From contig CM060733.1 of NCBI GenBank assembly GCA_030704615.1, forward strand, positions 28,148,001 to 28,212,000: a stretch of 64,000 bases of DNA, given 5' to 3'. Source of the stretch: Takakia lepidozioides. Taxonomy: Eukaryota; Plantae; Bryophyta. The notes under the pieces were generated by a model. It ran no database searches. It saw nothing but the letters and a program-made list of their open reading frames with translations, and was not told where the DNA came from. Below are positions 22,920 to 40,400 of the stretch, piece by piece. Within the stretch, counting starts at the first letter, position 1, and each line of letters starts with the position of its first letter. The translations under genes were made by a program, and so were the position numbers.

Positions 22920-25900
22920 AAGCAAATCAAATCCGATGGTTGAGGATTCGCCACATCCTCCTTTATGTACTCCTTTATCCGCCACCGTTGGTAAAATCTG
23001 TCACAAAACCATAACCTGGTCGAAATTGTTACTGAGCGAATACCTCACAAACAATCAACCCTCATTTCACATGGACCAATAGACGTGACCTCCCAAACCT
23101 CCAAATGGCTCGTTTAGATAGATTCTACTCATCCATTCACATTATACAGTGGATGACCTGTTTGTCTCAACAACCCATTCCCATGGGTTTTGACCACGCA
23201 GAGATTTTGGCAAGCATCAACATTCCTGTTCATCAGGTAAAGGAATATACAGGATGAACGCCTCCCTTTTTGCTATTCCCTCTTTCAAAAATGGTCTCCA
23301 GGAAGCATGGACCTTGGCCGGGACTGTATTCTCAAACCTTTTAGAGCGTTTTCAGGAAAAACTGAAAGCCGTGTCCAAGGCAAGTCAAGCCCTCAGCAAA
23401 GCCATTTCTGAGGCCAGAAAACAAAAAATAAAAGCTCTAACGAAATGCCTCAAGGTGTGCCGGATAAGAATGGAGAGTCCTCGCTGTGACGAGGCTACTT
23501 TCCATACTTACAGGGAGGCAAGGTTCAACATGGAATATTTCCAGAACCTCAATGATGATCAGAAGCTAAAGCTGCAGGCAGGTATCAATTGGTCCACTAA
23601 AGGCGAAAAGATGACAAAATATTTCTTTGGAAAAACCAGACAGAAGAGAGCAGCTCAAAACATTGCAGGCCTTTCTGACCCTGCGACAAGTCTCCTTGCA
23701 TCCTCTCTGGAGGCTATGACCACGGTGGCATTCAACCACTTCCAGTCACTCTTCCACAGCCAAAACCAGTCACTGAACACCTCTGAGATCCAAAGACAAT
23801 GCCTAGCTCAAACCCAACCTTGGTCTCTCCTACAATAGCTCAATCGCTTGAAGGACCATTTACAGACACAGAGCTAGAGGAAGCTCTCACAAAACTCCAA
23901 AATGGCAAATCACTGGGGATAGACGGTATCCCAGTGGAGTTCCACAAAACGTTGTGGCAGCACATATCCAAAGACTTCACTGAGATGGCCAACTTCATCT
24001 TTCAGCAACAACAAATGCCCTCGGCTATGATGCAGGGGGTAATAATTTTGCTGTTCAAGAAGGGAGACCGCACTAACATAGCCAATTACCGACCCATCAC
24101 ATTGCTTAACGTAGCCTACAAAATCATAGCCAAAGCCTTGGCAAGGAGGCTTCAGCCACTATAAGACCAGGGCAAACAGGCTTTAACAAAGGGAGATACA
24201 TACTAGATAACCTCCTACTGGCCCAAGAGATACCCCACTATGCCGCCAGAACTAACCAAGCGATATCACGTTTATTACTGGACTTTGAGAAAGCATTTGA
24301 CAGGGTTGAATGGTCTTTCCTTATGGGGGCACTCTGGAAAATAGGTCTACCTAAAAGCTTATACCAATGGGTCAAAATCATGATATCTGGATCCTCCAGT
24401 AGGGTGCTCTTCAATGGCCATCTTTCAAAACCAATTTCTCTTCTCAGATCGGTTCGCCAGGGTTGTCCATTGTCCCCTTTCCTGTTCCTTGTGGCAGTAG
24501 ACTACCTGGGTCATATGCTACAAGCTAATCGGGATATTACAGGGCTGAAGACAATAAACCACACTACCCGGCAGCCAACGCAGGTTAGGGAATCAATGTT
24601 CGTTGATGACACTTTCCTGGCACTCCAATCCAACCGAGCGAACCTCGACATTGCTGTCCACACCTTGGAAACCTTTTGTCAGGCATCAGGGTTCAAAGTC
24701 AATTGGGGCAAGACTTGTGCTCTGTTGGTAGGGGACACATCCAAGTCACTAATCGGAACCCAGCCAAGGTGGGGAACTGACAAGGGCTTAAGATGGTTGC
24801 AGCCAGGTCAGACGACAACCCTGCTAGGGTATACGTTTGGTATCAATCTCACAGACCAGCAACGCTTTGAACCCATAATAGCAAACCTCAAATCCAAGTT
24901 ATCCCACGGGGGATGGATCATACCACCTCTCTATCACTGGCAGGGCAATAGTAACAAACCAGATCCTATCAGCTGGGCTATGGTTCTTCTCGGCCTTGTG
25001 GAGACCTGCCTCGTCATATATCAAAGAGGCTACCACACTCTTGAGAAACTTCATACGGGGGGCAAACAACCATACTGAAAAGAAACGACCGCAAGTATCT
25101 TGGAAGCAAATCTGCATGCCAAAGAAAAAAGGGGGGTTGGGAATCATTGACATGGATAAACAGATTACAGCCCTTTTAGCAAAATGGATCCCTAGATTCC
25201 TGGGGCCAGAGGGAGGGTGGTGGAAGTTCCTTGTGGCAGATCATATGGCAGAAGCCACCCCCCTGAAGGCAGCAAGATGGAAACCATCATTTCGTTGGAT
25301 TGTCAATGGCTTTAAGCACAAACACACGGGATCCCCCTTGTGGAACTCTATCTGGCAAGCCTGGACCCGTCTGAGACCATTCTTAGCAAAAAAAGAGCCA
25401 ACCACCTATGATGAAACTCTTAGACAATCCCTCTTCCTGAATAGCAATGTCACCTCGTCAACCCAGAAACAGCAAGCAAAGAAATGGTCAGCCTGAGACT
25501 TTGGATGCATCTCAAAAGTTGCAGATATCTAGAAACAAGGAGGCTTCCTGTCCAAACAAGATGCCTCAAACATAGTGGGCAAAGTAAGATCTAACCATGG
25601 ATTCGATGCCATCCTTCAGGCCATTCCTCCTGCATGGATAGATATACTGGAACAGGGACCTTCGCAACCATGGAAGGTTACTCTTTTCATATAGACACTG
25701 TCACAATGACCTTATCAATTCAAGATACCTCCATTGCAACCTTCCCCCACAGAGCCCATACTCCTGTGTCCATCTGCTGCTGGTCATCACCAGCAAAAGA
25801 GATTAACCCTCTGCCACCCCTTAACCGGCCGCTGTATGCTTGGCTTTCCACCCAGCGCTTTGTTTGGATACTCGGGAGACCTCTTCGAGAGTTGGACCTG

Positions 25901-27240
25901 GACCCCAAAGAATGGTCTTGGAAAATAGCCAAAGCGCCAGAGCCCTTCTTTTCCTACACCACCAAAAAAGGATACCAAGCACTCTCCTTGTCAGACCCAC
26001 TATTAGACAAATGGAATGGAAAATGGAGACACCTAAACTTTGACAGGGAGAGCAGGGACACTATATGGAGAATCATTTGGAAGAAAAGCATGCTTGTTAA
26101 GCTATCGGCATTCTTGTGGCAAATAGCTAATAGGGTTTTGAAGGTGGGAGAATGGCTGGGATTCGATGATGCCCTCCACTGCAAATGTTGCTCGTTAGGA
26201 ATACTGGAATCGCAGGAGCGTCGTCTCTTGCATTGCGGGGCACCAGCGGTCATCTGGCCACACATTAAATCCTTCTATCGTTCCTGGGATGCCCAGCCAT
26301 TAGGGTCAATTTCCCTCCTGCTGAACTACGACTTAACTACCAAACAAAAAGCTAGCGGCTGCCCAGTTCTGGATACCCTCAGGACAGCCACTCTTTGGCA
26401 CATTTGGTGAGCTCGGTGTAAAAGAACCCTCAATGGAACGACATGCTCCATTTCTACTCTCCTCGCTGCCATTTACTATGATCTGCTGATAGAAGCAAGA
26501 AAAGCATGGATCAAGCTCTGTGCAGATTCTAAAAGAAACCCACGAAATGTAGGTAATTTGCACCACACCTTCGCAGCTACCTGGGCACATCAAGGAATCA
26601 TCTGCACCAGCTCCGCATCAGATCGCTGCGATTGGAACGACCAACCTCCGGCAAGTTGGTGCAATCTCAATTCACCAGTCCACAGCGTCGCCAGAGTATG
26701 ACAGGGACGTAAACTGGAAACATGTCAATGACGCCACCAGGCCATCCAGGCTCCACTTTCGTTGATGATTGAGCATACTGAGAAAGCACTAGAGTTGATA
26801 ACGCAGAAATCGTATAGTGCAGGAGCCCTAGGCTCAAGGCTACAGCTAGCCATATATTGTCTTTATGAGAAATCTTTGCTCGGTTTACAATGAGCAGCTA
26901 GATTTGCTATTACTCCGCAGGGAGTTGGCAGGTTCTTGATATCACTGACATCGGTGTGTGTGCCTCATGGCGTAATCGAGGGTTTAACATGCTGGGTGTG
27001 TGCAGGCAAGAATCAAATTGTATGTGTCTTGCAACTTTGACAAGAATCAGGAAACAGCTGCAACAGTCTCTCAAAAACCTGGAGACAACTTGAAAGCCAA
27101 AGAACCTTTCCCAACACAAACTAATGTGACAACTTGTAATCATCCAGAGCTCTAAATATCACTCTTTCCCTCTAATAACTCTAATAAAATTTCAACCCAT
27201 GGCGCTGAACCCTGTTTCTGTGAATATATATATATATATG
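22920..27240 (+). mobile_element. LINE-B ORF2 (C-terminal part of APE endonuclease, RT, zf-RVT) and 3' UTR, degenerate
   Basis: FTWTN..ARLDRF, NYRPITLLN, LDFEKAFD, VRQGCPLSP, FVDD, CKCC..ESQERRLLHC; stop at 26699-26701. AATAAA near 27184, followed by (TA)n at ~27223-27239. Homologous to but diverged from LINE-A. Confidence 0.92.
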
Positions 27241-28082
27241 TGACTCCTCTGTGCAGCAGGTACATGATGATCTGCCCTAGAAAAGGAGAGGTTTTGCATG
27301 GTGCCTGGGAATAGTTGGTTCACTCGGAGGAAGAGGACTTCAACTTGAAGAAACCAGCTCCTAGTTACAACCTGGTGGAAGTCTTGAGAGTACTGTGAGT
27401 GCACAGGAATCATTACAGCTCCTTTAGTGAGGGAGGATGGCTATCCAAATTTTGTGGACAAAGGAGGACTCCCCATCCATCTGGCTACCTCATACACAGG
27501 GTTCATCTGCTACTCAATTCTCCAGATGCTGAGCATTCATGCAATCAGCGTGCCTGCTGGACGATAACTCGGCCATGTCCAGCTTGAACATTGCTTTAGT
27601 TTGGAAATGCATGTACATGTAACTCACAGCCCTCTCTGCACGAGGCTCTCCACCTTAGAGAATCTGTGGAAGCTGAATTGCAATGTTCTGGTTGTAATGG
27701 TTTGCAGCTTCTGACTTCATCTGTCTCTGTGGGGTGTGAGAATATTTTGCCTTTTCGTTTTGGTCCTTGATCTTGGTGTAGCAGAATTGCAGGTGCTCAC
27801 ATACTGTCTTACTGCGTTAATATTCTGGTTGTAATAGATGGTTTGAAGCTTCTACTATGGGGTGTGACATCTTGGTCCTTGATCTTGTTAGTGACGCAGA
27901 ATTGCGGGTGCTCACATGCCACCTTACTGATTCAGTTTTGACAATCACAGCTCTCTCTACACGAGGCTCTCCACCTTAGAGAATCTGTGGAAGTTGAATT
28001 GCAATGTTCTGGTTGTAATAGATGGTTTGAAGAATGCACATTGTGTATTCTAAACTGTTTCAAGAATCACAGCAATCTGGAA

Positions 28083-28560
28083 ATGGAAAAGGCACCTCAG
28101 CCCCCTGTTTTTTTGAAGACTTTGGTCAAGAGTAATCTGGCTGAGATGGCCAGCTCCTGGATGGTATTTCCTCAATTCCCTATCTTTCATAACTTTTTTT
28201 TTTCTGTTCTCATTGTTGCTTCTGCTTGTTCTGCGCCTTTTCCCGTTCTCTTTGTTCTACTTGTTGCGAATATCCTGCAGCACTAACCAAAGGTTATGGC
28301 TGGGAGCTGCTTTTTGCAGGTTATCCCTGCAGCATTTACCGCAGCTCATGGCAAAGAGATTGGGCAGGCTGCAAAACTGCAGGGCCTCAGTGGTAATGCG
28401 TGGCAGGTAGTAGTTGGCCGCCCTGGCGACTGTGTTTTGAAGGCACAATTCTGTGTCAGGATAAACTGTTGAGCTTAAAATGGATTGAAGCTTGATAGCT
28501 AGTGGTGATATCCTGAGATTCACTAATCTTAGAAAGGTAAAATACATCTACGAACTGCCC
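28083..28560 (+). pseudogene. B3 DNA-binding domain (REM/VRN1-like) pseudogene fragment
   Basis: Splicing the GT-AG intron 28164-28319 gives VFLKTLVKSNL..SWM|VIPAAFTAAHGKEIGQAAKLQGLSGNAWQV. Stops follow, then GDILRF. Confidence 0.6.
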
Positions 28561-30744
28561 CAGAGGTGTGCTTGAAAGCCACTACCAGGATTGATATTGG
28601 TGACAGATCCATAGTTGGATTTCCGCAATGCGCCAGGGTGACTAGAGTGAATTGATCTGTTTTGGTTTGCCACCTGGGTCGACGGATTAGGGGTTGTGTG
28701 ACTGATGTGTTAATTTTCAGGCCTGTGTGGGCAGGTTGTAAAGGTTCCTTACACAGTGGGTTTCCTGTGAATCACGACTGGTGCTGAGTGTTTTGGTGCT
28801 TCCACTCTTCAGCAGCATAAGATAATTTGGAGTCAGTCTGAATTTCAGTGGAATGTTGTCTCTGTTTAATCATTTTGAATGTGGCAATGTGTAGGGACTT
28901 TGACAGCGCTGCAGTGCAAGATGGCCAACCACCGATTGCTGGATGCAGGTGGTAGAAAAGAAGGTCAGGAGATAACATGGGGTTTTGCATGGACCTCTCG
29001 ACCTGAGGACATTGGCCTGAGTAGCAGCTCATGACAATTGTAGTTAAAATTTGCGACCTTGAATTCATTCATGTTCAAGCTTAACATGGTGATGGTCTGG
29101 TTGTCAATGGATATTAAATTGGGAAGATCTTGCTTATCTGTCAGAGGATAGGACAGTTTTGCTAAAGGAAGGATTCCTTGAAATATTGGAGAACAACTTC
29201 TCAGAAATTCTTGGCAGTTTACATTTTGCAGCTGCCCCTCCTTCCCTCCTAAACTATTTTGCAATGTGATGAGCCTTATATTGCTGGCACAAAAATCATT
29301 TCAATAACACTCAGGTTGTAAATTGAATCATCAGAAGCAGAGCAAGTAGCTGCCTTTACTTGTACTCGAAAATTTTACCTGGCAAATATTGCCTTAGACC
29401 AATTGATAGAGCATATGGGCTCTCCTATGAGTACTTATATGATGATGAATGTCTCAAGCAACCTGTCTGAAGTCTCAATAAGTGCCTTTACCTTTCTTAT
29501 GACTAGCATGTCTCCAACTAACTTGTAACAGCCAGGAAGGGCCCCGGACCTCACTGAAACCCACTCGCATTACCTCTGTATTAGATGAGAGAAATAAATT
29601 TGCAGCTTTTCAGAAACACATGTACGTCTTCGACTTGTCAGTGCTGGGAAGGTTTTCGTGTGTGATGCAATCTGTGAAAGGGAGAACCTGAAGGAAAGCA
29701 CTCTGATCAATGTAGAGAAAAAATGGGATTCTACCTCTTTAGTCTTCTCTTACCATGGGTACTTTCAGTAGTCCTTAGTTCCTTCAAAATGCTGTTAAGT
29801 GTGAATAAAATTGATTTTCCCACAATTCAAAATTTACCTCTTGAAGGCGGAGTAGGATATTGTGTAGTTTTCACTGTTGGGAATCACATGCTCCTTTGGA
29901 GATGTATGAATACCACTATTTCTTCCACGTACACCAAATTTTCCCGTACAGGTGTATAGAGGGACAGGGTAAAATCTTTGATTTTACATTCTGCTCGATG
30001 AGGGAACATTTACAGGCCCCTTGTCATATATATATATACGTGGCCAAGCTCGCCGACCTCAAATTGTCCACCAAACTCTTCCAGGCTGCATGAGAACAGA
30101 ACCATTGAGCTCGCCATTGAGACTGTCAGCGGGAGCCCAAACATGATGCTGTCGTCCCCCTCAAGTGATCAACCTGCAGTTATTGATTTGGGGAGCAATC
30201 AGAGAAGTCAGCCTCGACCCTAACCAGCCTAAGGGAAAACTTTCGGGATCACAACTTCTCTAGGTCCACTTGTTACAACTAGTACATAAGCAACAACAAT
30301 ATTACGATGTTCATGGGAAGCATGACTGCAGAAAAAGTGTGTGGGGCATCATGGACACACACATTACATCACTGGAACTCGTAGAACAGGCCATGATTGA
30401 CTGCTGAGTCTCCCCTCCAAGACAGACACTAGGCAGTTTCCCCGACCGCTGCACATGATCGTAAAACAGGGAGAAAACAGGATGAACTTATCAAGAGACG
30501 CACTGAAAGCTACATACTGACAAGTCATGAATTCACACAAGGGCAATTCTGCTAGATGACGCTATCTTCCAGCTTACTTCGACGCTATCTTGCAGCTCAC
30601 CTAGAGCAGCGCATTGCGGCAGAGAGAAAAAGAGATAGACTCCACGGACTATGTGTGGGTGACAGTGCGAGGGTGAGAAGGTCCGCAAGCAATCTCATGT
30701 GCAGTATGTGAGAGAAGAGGTAATATGTGTGTGCGACAGTACCA

Positions 30745-31190
30745 TGACAATCTCGGTGGAAGAAGAGAAGAAGCGAAGCGCAGTCTCGTCTCCTGGAACG
30801 TTTCCGCAGGCCGCGCCGGGATCCGAGAACCCGGCGCAGTTCCGTTGATTTCAGCGGCGACGGCGACCGTGGCGGTCTTTATCACGAGAAAGAATTCTAT
30901 GTAGAATATTGTATCTTTAAAAGCATCTTCCCATTTCTATACGCAATCGCTTTCGATTGACTAAGTGTATGTGGATTTGAACACAGCACTTTGTAGAGCT
31001 GATCCCCGGGATGACGAGATTTTAGTGATGGATGTTGGAGATCAGTCATTCATCCACGGCACTAACGACGGCTGCCGTCACCGCTGCGACGAACGGATGT
31101 GCGCCGGGTTTTGGGATTCCGGCGCGGAACACCGTCCCGTGACTGCGCGGTTCTGACTTAATTTGTCATCTCTCTCTCCCCCCGAGATTG
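30745..31190. repeat. Long imperfect inverted repeat (foldback/MITE-like) upstream of the GH9 gene
   Basis: CCGCGCCGGGATCCGAGAACCCGGCGCAG (~30811-30839) pairs with GTGCGCCGGGTTTTGGGATTCCGGCGCGG (~31099-31127). Outer CAATCTCGG / CCGAGATTG; AT-rich spacer. Confidence 0.75.
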
Positions 31191-31324
31191 CGATGCTTCG
31201 TCTCTCCCCCCTACAAAATCCCTGACGCCACACATTCACGCACATTCACGATATCTGGTACATTTCTCACAGTCTTACGTACAGAAAATAGATATTGTCC
31301 TGAAGAAAGTGAGCTCTCTCGTGA

Positions 31325-34948
<3,624 letters not shown>

Positions 34949-35978
34949 TGCTTGAGCTGCCTGCACTGAGCTTGCACTCCTCGTCGATTTCTCGTCGATC
35001 GTTAGCATGTGGGTCGGCATCTCGGTCAGGAAACTAGAGATCTTGATTAAAGATCACATAATCTTTTAATTATTTTATAGTCCAGAACTGTTCATTTACA
35101 AATTAGGTGGAAGTTCTAGCTTACTTGAGAGCTAAATATTGTATTTGTATCTCCAAGACCACTGCATCAAGGTCACGGAGACCATTCACAAAATTTATTA
35201 TAAATTTGACATTCTTCCTGAACTCGATGTCCAAATATGTTCACAAGTGGCTAGAGTTTGTTTGTGTTTCTGACATACCATGATTGTCTGTTTTGCCTCT
35301 GGGAAATCGGATCCGAACAAGTGGATTGAGTAAGCACTAATTTCTCTCTCCAGTGGACTCTCCGAAAGTTGTTATCTAGACACTTCAGGACTATTGGTTA
35401 GTTGCATGGCCTTGTCTCTCTGAATTCGCAGGAACTTATTTCTTTCCACCTTTATCTCCAGAGCTCTCTCTGGAAGGTTCACACTTCACGCACAACCTCC
35501 GGGAAGTTAGTGGTAGATGGACAACTTGGAGGGTGCTCACCGCTTGCACTAGACTTGTACATCCCTCGCCACCTCTCACACCCAACCCATTTTCCCTCCC
35601 GCCACTGCCCGTGCCATCTGTTCGGGTATCTCCTTAAGATAGTTCAGTGCAAAGCTAAACACAGTCACCTTCTGGACAAGTTCCGAAGTCAAAAAACGAC
35701 GTGGGTCTTGTCACTTTATCAACACTCTGCTGAAGGATGTTGCCACGTAAATTTAGTATTATGCGAGGAGTGTAGGTTCAAAAGCCTTCGGGGAACGAAC
35801 AGCCCCATGGGTTGGTGTGGCAGGTGTCGAGTGTCGATGGGGATATCGTATGAATGAATGAATAAAATGCATATCCAACATAGTTTATCCATTCCGGATT
35901 AGATACAATAGAAACGAGCTTCGTCCAACTCCGTGGACGATCCCTACCTCGTTTCTCTCCTGAGTGGATGTGACAGCT

Positions 35979-37453
35979 ATGGCAGCCGCAAGCATGGTAA
36001 CGAGAGCTGTGCTTCATCGCCTCACTTCGCTTCTGAGATCATGGCCCTTTTCGGGTATCTCTACTATGCTTTCATTTGTACTACTTTTTGTCTCGATTCT
36101 GGGTTTGTGTCCTTCTATGTGGTACAAACTATCAGCCTAATCTTGCGTCCAGTTGCTGTGAAATCACAGAGTCAAGGTCACTTAATTTCGCTTATACCAT
36201 AACACCCAAACCATTCTGTTCTGGTGTTCTGCACTGCACAATATGTGGCAATAGAGCCACCCGACACACAGACACTCTCCTTCCGAGGACGTTGTAAAGT
36301 GTTTCTTTCGTCTTTCTTCTTCCCAAGAACGGCCCTTTCTGTGCGATTGTCTGAAGATGCTGCGTGCTTGTGACAGGCCGAAATCCAGGGAGCCTAGCAA
36401 AATTGATAAGTGGGAGGAGCTCTAGTGCACTTAAAGCATCAATACCCACTCATCGGCAGAGACGCCACTTGCAAGTTAAAAGCGATGCAGGACACATTGG
36501 GCATGACTTTTCGAATGCTGAAAGGCGACAACCGGAGCTTCTGGTGCCCTTGTCGCAGCTGGTGGAGGCACGCGTCATCTACTGTGCAGCTCCCGCGATG
36601 GGCCATAATCAGGTTTGATGTTTCTTAATGGACATGGACAATACTTGGACCTACCGGGGGAGAAAATGTCAAAATCGCAACTCTGAGAGAACTCCTCAAG
36701 TTCTTCGCAAACCTTACAAGGGCAAGTGATCATTTCGTCGGGACTGCACAAGGATGGAAACAAGTTTAATGTCTCCCATAAGTTCATTACCATCCCTGGA
36801 GAAAGATCCATAAAATACGAAAGTTTAAATTGCTGAAACTGGTGGTAGAGGGAGGGTCAGAAATTAGACTGACATTTGTTGCGTTTGAGCTTTCACAGGA
36901 GGGTCACCCGGAGTGTAATGCAAGAGTACCAGCAATATTGGAGACATTGCAAAAGGCAGAGCTGACACCTGAGGTAAGGTAAGCTCAGTGGCTTTCCCTA
37001 CTGGTCCCTCTTCAGAATTATGCTTATATGTAGATGTAGATGATCACATGAACTGTTGGCCCTCTCTCTCTGCTTTGCCATTTCCACTCAGGAGAGGACA
37101 GGGACAGACAAGAAATGGGAAGAGTGTAGGGATAGGAGGAGATGGAAAGGGAAAGTGGGCAGAAATGTACTGAACTGATTACTTAGGCATATACATGATA
37201 TGGTATTGTGCAGCCATAGACATTTCAGTCCGACATAGTCCCTACTAGTTGGGTTTACATTATAGTTTGGAACTGCCAAATTGCTGCCATAATTGCTTTC
37301 ATAAATGTGAGCTTATGGGGGTGGATGGTGTCTAGATCCGAGGAAAGGAGGTTTTGAGGATTGAAAACTTCAGAACAGCATCCAAGGATGATGTGGCTGC
37401 TGTTCACTCTATGGCTTATGTCAAGGGCCTGGAAAAGGCAAGGAGCATGTCTC

Positions 37454-37488
<35 letters not shown>

Positions 37489-40400
37489 TTTTCCTTGAAT
37501 GTGGGTACGTTCTTTGTAACAACACTCAAGAACCGCCTGACCCCTCTGGCTCTTTCTCCACCCTTGAACATACAGGACATTTAATGATGGCAAACTAATA
37601 CATGATGTCTTGTGCTAGGCCCTTTAGCAGCAGCATAATAGAGTATATGTGTACACCTTCTATATGATTTGGTCAATGTACATTGCTCTCTTGGCTGGTC
37701 TACTGCATTAGGAAACCTGAAAATGAGAGGCTTGAGAATTTTTTTCTCTCTCTTTCCTTGAATGTTGCTAAGGTCTTTATAGACAGCATTCAAGAATTGC
37801 CTGATCCCGTTATTCTGCTCAGATTTTTTCATCCAGAACAGAACATGGACTTGGATAACAGGATGACTCACTAGGTTGACTCATGAGGGTTCACCCTAGA
37901 GATCTTAACCTAAAGCCTCACCAGAGAGACGCCCTCTTCAAATCCATCAAGGGATTTGGTCCTGTACCTCTGTTTACCAACTTTGAAAATCTCAAGGCTG
38001 AGCCAAAAGCCCAGGCCCTTTTGTTGGGTAAATCACACACAGCAGACTGATGCTGGTGTTAAGGGATTTCTAGAGGATATCTGGAAAACTCGGATCAATT
38101 GTCTGTTGCAAGGTAATAATACTACCGGCGTCAGCCCTGACAAAGGTAGTTTCTGTCCCTTTGTGTTCCACTCAAACTGGGCGCAGGGACAATGGCCACA
38201 AGGCTATGGCAAACGTCTTATGAGTACATTCTCTCTCTCTCTCTCTCACTGCTCACACTCAGAAGATTGATGCTTGTGTGAAGGGCTTTCTTGATATCTG
38301 GAAACCCCAAACTAATTGTTTCTAGTCCCTTTTGTTCCGCCCAAACTGGGCACGGGGTCTACGGCCACAAGGCTCTGGCAAACAACGTCTTATGAGTTCA
38401 TTCATATCTTTATCTATGAGCCGTTTCTATACACAGTAGTATGGATCTCAACATTTTCCAAATTCTGGACAGTTTGTTGGTGGATATGTTTCTGCTTGCA
38501 GCATTAAACATCTTGTCTGTTTTGTGGTTGGTTACCCTACTGTGCACCATGTGCAAATAAATCCAGGTGATGGATAGGGCTCAGGATGAGGGCCTCATAT
38601 TTCTGGATGGAACAGGACCCACATATGCTACTCCAACTGTACGTCCTCTATGTCGCTTTCACCTTTATGATACCTCCTTTGAATTATATCGTGTTGCCTC
38701 AATCATGGCTCCATCCTTTGTGCAAATATTTTTCTAGTCCTCTATAAACAGTATGAGTCTCGAGACTAATGTTCTTGTCCAACACTCTCATGGCAGACAT
38801 ATCATGAGTCCATGCTGGCAGCTGGGGCAAGTTTGGCATTGGTCGATTCAGTGGTAATTCTGCTTCCCCACTTCCCATGCTTTTTTCCTCCTCCAAAATG
38901 ACCATGCTTTCCTGAACTCTACACTAACTCAATCGAAATGGTTATGGTCTGTTGCCTGTGTCTTTAGATGAATCCTGGACAGCAGTGTGGGTGTGCGCAT
39001 AATGAGCTTTTCCTTCCTCACCCAGGAAGACAATGACTACCATGAAAGTCTACTGGAGCATGAGACTTTAATGGCTGACGTGTAATAGGATGTCCTTCTC
39101 TTCTCCATGACCTCCAGTGGACTTAATTCCACAGTTTGTTGCTAGCATGATGTCTATACCTGATCATACATTGAACACCCAGTTCCTTGTAACCACACTG
39201 GCTTAGGATTGGGTGATCACTCGGTAAACATATGCCCTGGTGGCTGAAATTTCACAATTGGCTCAGAGGGGATTGGAATCAACAGTTTTCTCGACTGACA
39301 TCTATACTAGCCTGCCCATCAACTTCCTGTGATGAAATTTTCATTGGCTCAGTACTAAGAGCTGTGGCAATTTTGGGCTGGTTTTCCATACCCTGGTAAG
39401 TACAAACCCCACAACTGTCTCTGCCAGGGTTGATATCCAGCGGTGACTATGCCTCAAGGGTAGGTCATAGCCAACCTTCTCAGGTCAAGTATAATTCTCT
39501 CTTCTTCTCCCCTCCACTCACCTAATGTTTTTTGTCCGATGTTAGGACGACTGCTGAAACACAGGAGGACAACTTGTCTTTAAGGAATTGCTTCCTTTTC
39601 TTAGGTGGCAGCATCGAGAGAAACTCACAGTCCACCTGTTGGGTTTGCGCTGGTGCGACCCCCAGGGCACCATGCAGTGCCCACTGGACCAATGGGCTTC
39701 TGTGTTTTTGGCAATGTTGCGGTGGCTGCGCGCTATGCCCAGCGGGTCCATGGATTGCAGCGTGTTTTTATCATTGACTATGATGTCCATCATGGCAATG
39801 GCACCCATGATGCTTTCTACAGTGATCCTGACATCTTCTTCCTCTCCACTCATCAGGTTACTACTGATATCTCTCTCCCCTCAACCCCCTCCCCCACCTT
39901 GTACAATCCAGTATTTCCTTTCCCAGTTTCCACCACGCTCATGTATTTTTTCCTGCTTTCATCTGGCTGTCACTGCATATGGTTGCACATGAGGTTCTCT
40001 CTTTGAATTTTCATCTTTCGGGGGGGTTCATTTTGACTGTGGACCTCAAAACTTCGTCATAATGTACCAGCTTAAGTGGTTTACTCAATACATTTCCAAT
40101 GACCTTGGAACACCATGGAGCTGGACTGAGAAGGATGTTTGCAGGCGGGCAGCTACCCCGGGACTGGGAAGATGGTGGAAGTAGGGATGGGAGCGGGTGA
40201 GGGCACCAGCCTCAATTTACCTTTGCCTGGCGGCTCGGGTGACAATGCCATGTCTAGAGTTCTCGAGGAAATTGTCATACCTGCTGCTCAGCGCTTCAAG
40301 CCTGACATCATTTTAGTTTCTGCTGGGTAATCTTTCTCCTCTCTTCGTTATTTTATCAGCAGTTATGCTCTGTTTGCCTGTTAGCAGGTGTCTCTCCTCT

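Noticed and set aside
35402-35857. 151-aa ORF between GH9 and HDA14
   Set aside because: Non-ATG start, no motif, and it lies in the HDA14 promoter region.
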